DNA from: Octopus vulgaris
Taxonomy: Eukaryota
DNA: 64,000 nucleotides
Direction: 5' to 3'
Assembly (NCBI GenBank): GCA_951406725.2
Contig: OX597815.1
Coordinates: 189,472,001 to 189,536,000, forward strand
This document shows, piece by piece, positions 63,418-64,000 of the stretch. The notes under the pieces are model-generated. The model was given only the letters and a program-made list of their open reading frames with translations, ran no database searches and had not been told where the DNA came from. Within the stretch, counting starts at the first letter, position 1. Each line of letters opens with the position of its first letter. Made by a program: the position numbers and the translations under genes.

Positions 63418-63900
63418 ATCACCGTCATCATCATCATCATCATCATCGTTTAACGTCCGTTTTCCATGCTAGCATGGGTTGGACGGTTCGACCAGGGTCT
63501 GAGAAGCCAGGAGGCAGCATCAGGCTCCAGTCTGATCTGGCAGGGTTTCTACAGCTGGATGCCCTTCCTAACGCCAACCACTCTGCGAGTGTAGTGGGTG
63601 CTTTTTACGTGCCACCGGCACAGGGGCCAGACGAGGCTGGCAACAGCCACGTTCTGTTGGTGCTTTTTACATGCACTCAGCATGGAAGCCTGTCAAGGCG
63701 GCACTGGCATAGGCCATGTTCAGATGGTGCTTTTTATGTGCCACCGGCACGGGTATCACAACTACAATTCCCATTTGATTTTTATTTTGATGTTGATGTA
63801 CTTGACTCAATAGGTCTCCTCAATCACAGCAGGTTGCCCTACGATCCAAGGTAAGTGCAGCAAGTTGCCCTACGATCCAAGGTAAGCACAGCAGGTCATC
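63418..63900 (-). mobile_element. family D copy
   Basis: (CAT)n end, internal tandem units, and a ~31-bp triplication cagcaggttgccctacgatccaaggtaag at the far end. Confidence 0.85.
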
Positions 63901-64000
63901 CTAGGAGTTGAGAAAATAAAAGGATGACACTATTTTAAGACATTCTATTATTTTTAACAGTCTTTTGGTGATTGCGATGATCACTTCTCCTTTACTTGTT

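Overview
Eukaryotic, AT-rich, repeat-saturated non-coding DNA, most consistent with an octopus (coleoid cephalopod) intron or intergenic region. The organism is inferred from the SINE repertoire and the extreme (TA)n/(CA)n/(TACA)n load. I can support no host protein-coding gene, and nearly all listed ORFs are microsatellite or SINE artefacts. The window holds at least five SINE families (labelled A-E by me; many nested, several with clear target-site duplications, TSDs), 3' fragments of CR1/L2-group and R4/Dong-type LINEs, two mariner remnants, hAT-, piggyBac- and Tigger-like MITEs, a helentron-like element and many simple repeats. The most interesting layer is a set of short cassettes sitting inside (TA)n tracts. 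They carry hammerhead-ribozyme cores and/or long fold-back arms, the signature of Penelope-like retroelements. Three of them (11353-11414, 22562-22624, 23620-23680) appear to encode a hammerhead whose three strands are in reversed, non-circularly permuted (pseudoknotted) order, with compensatory base changes between copies. All structure calls were made by eye; no searches or folding were run.
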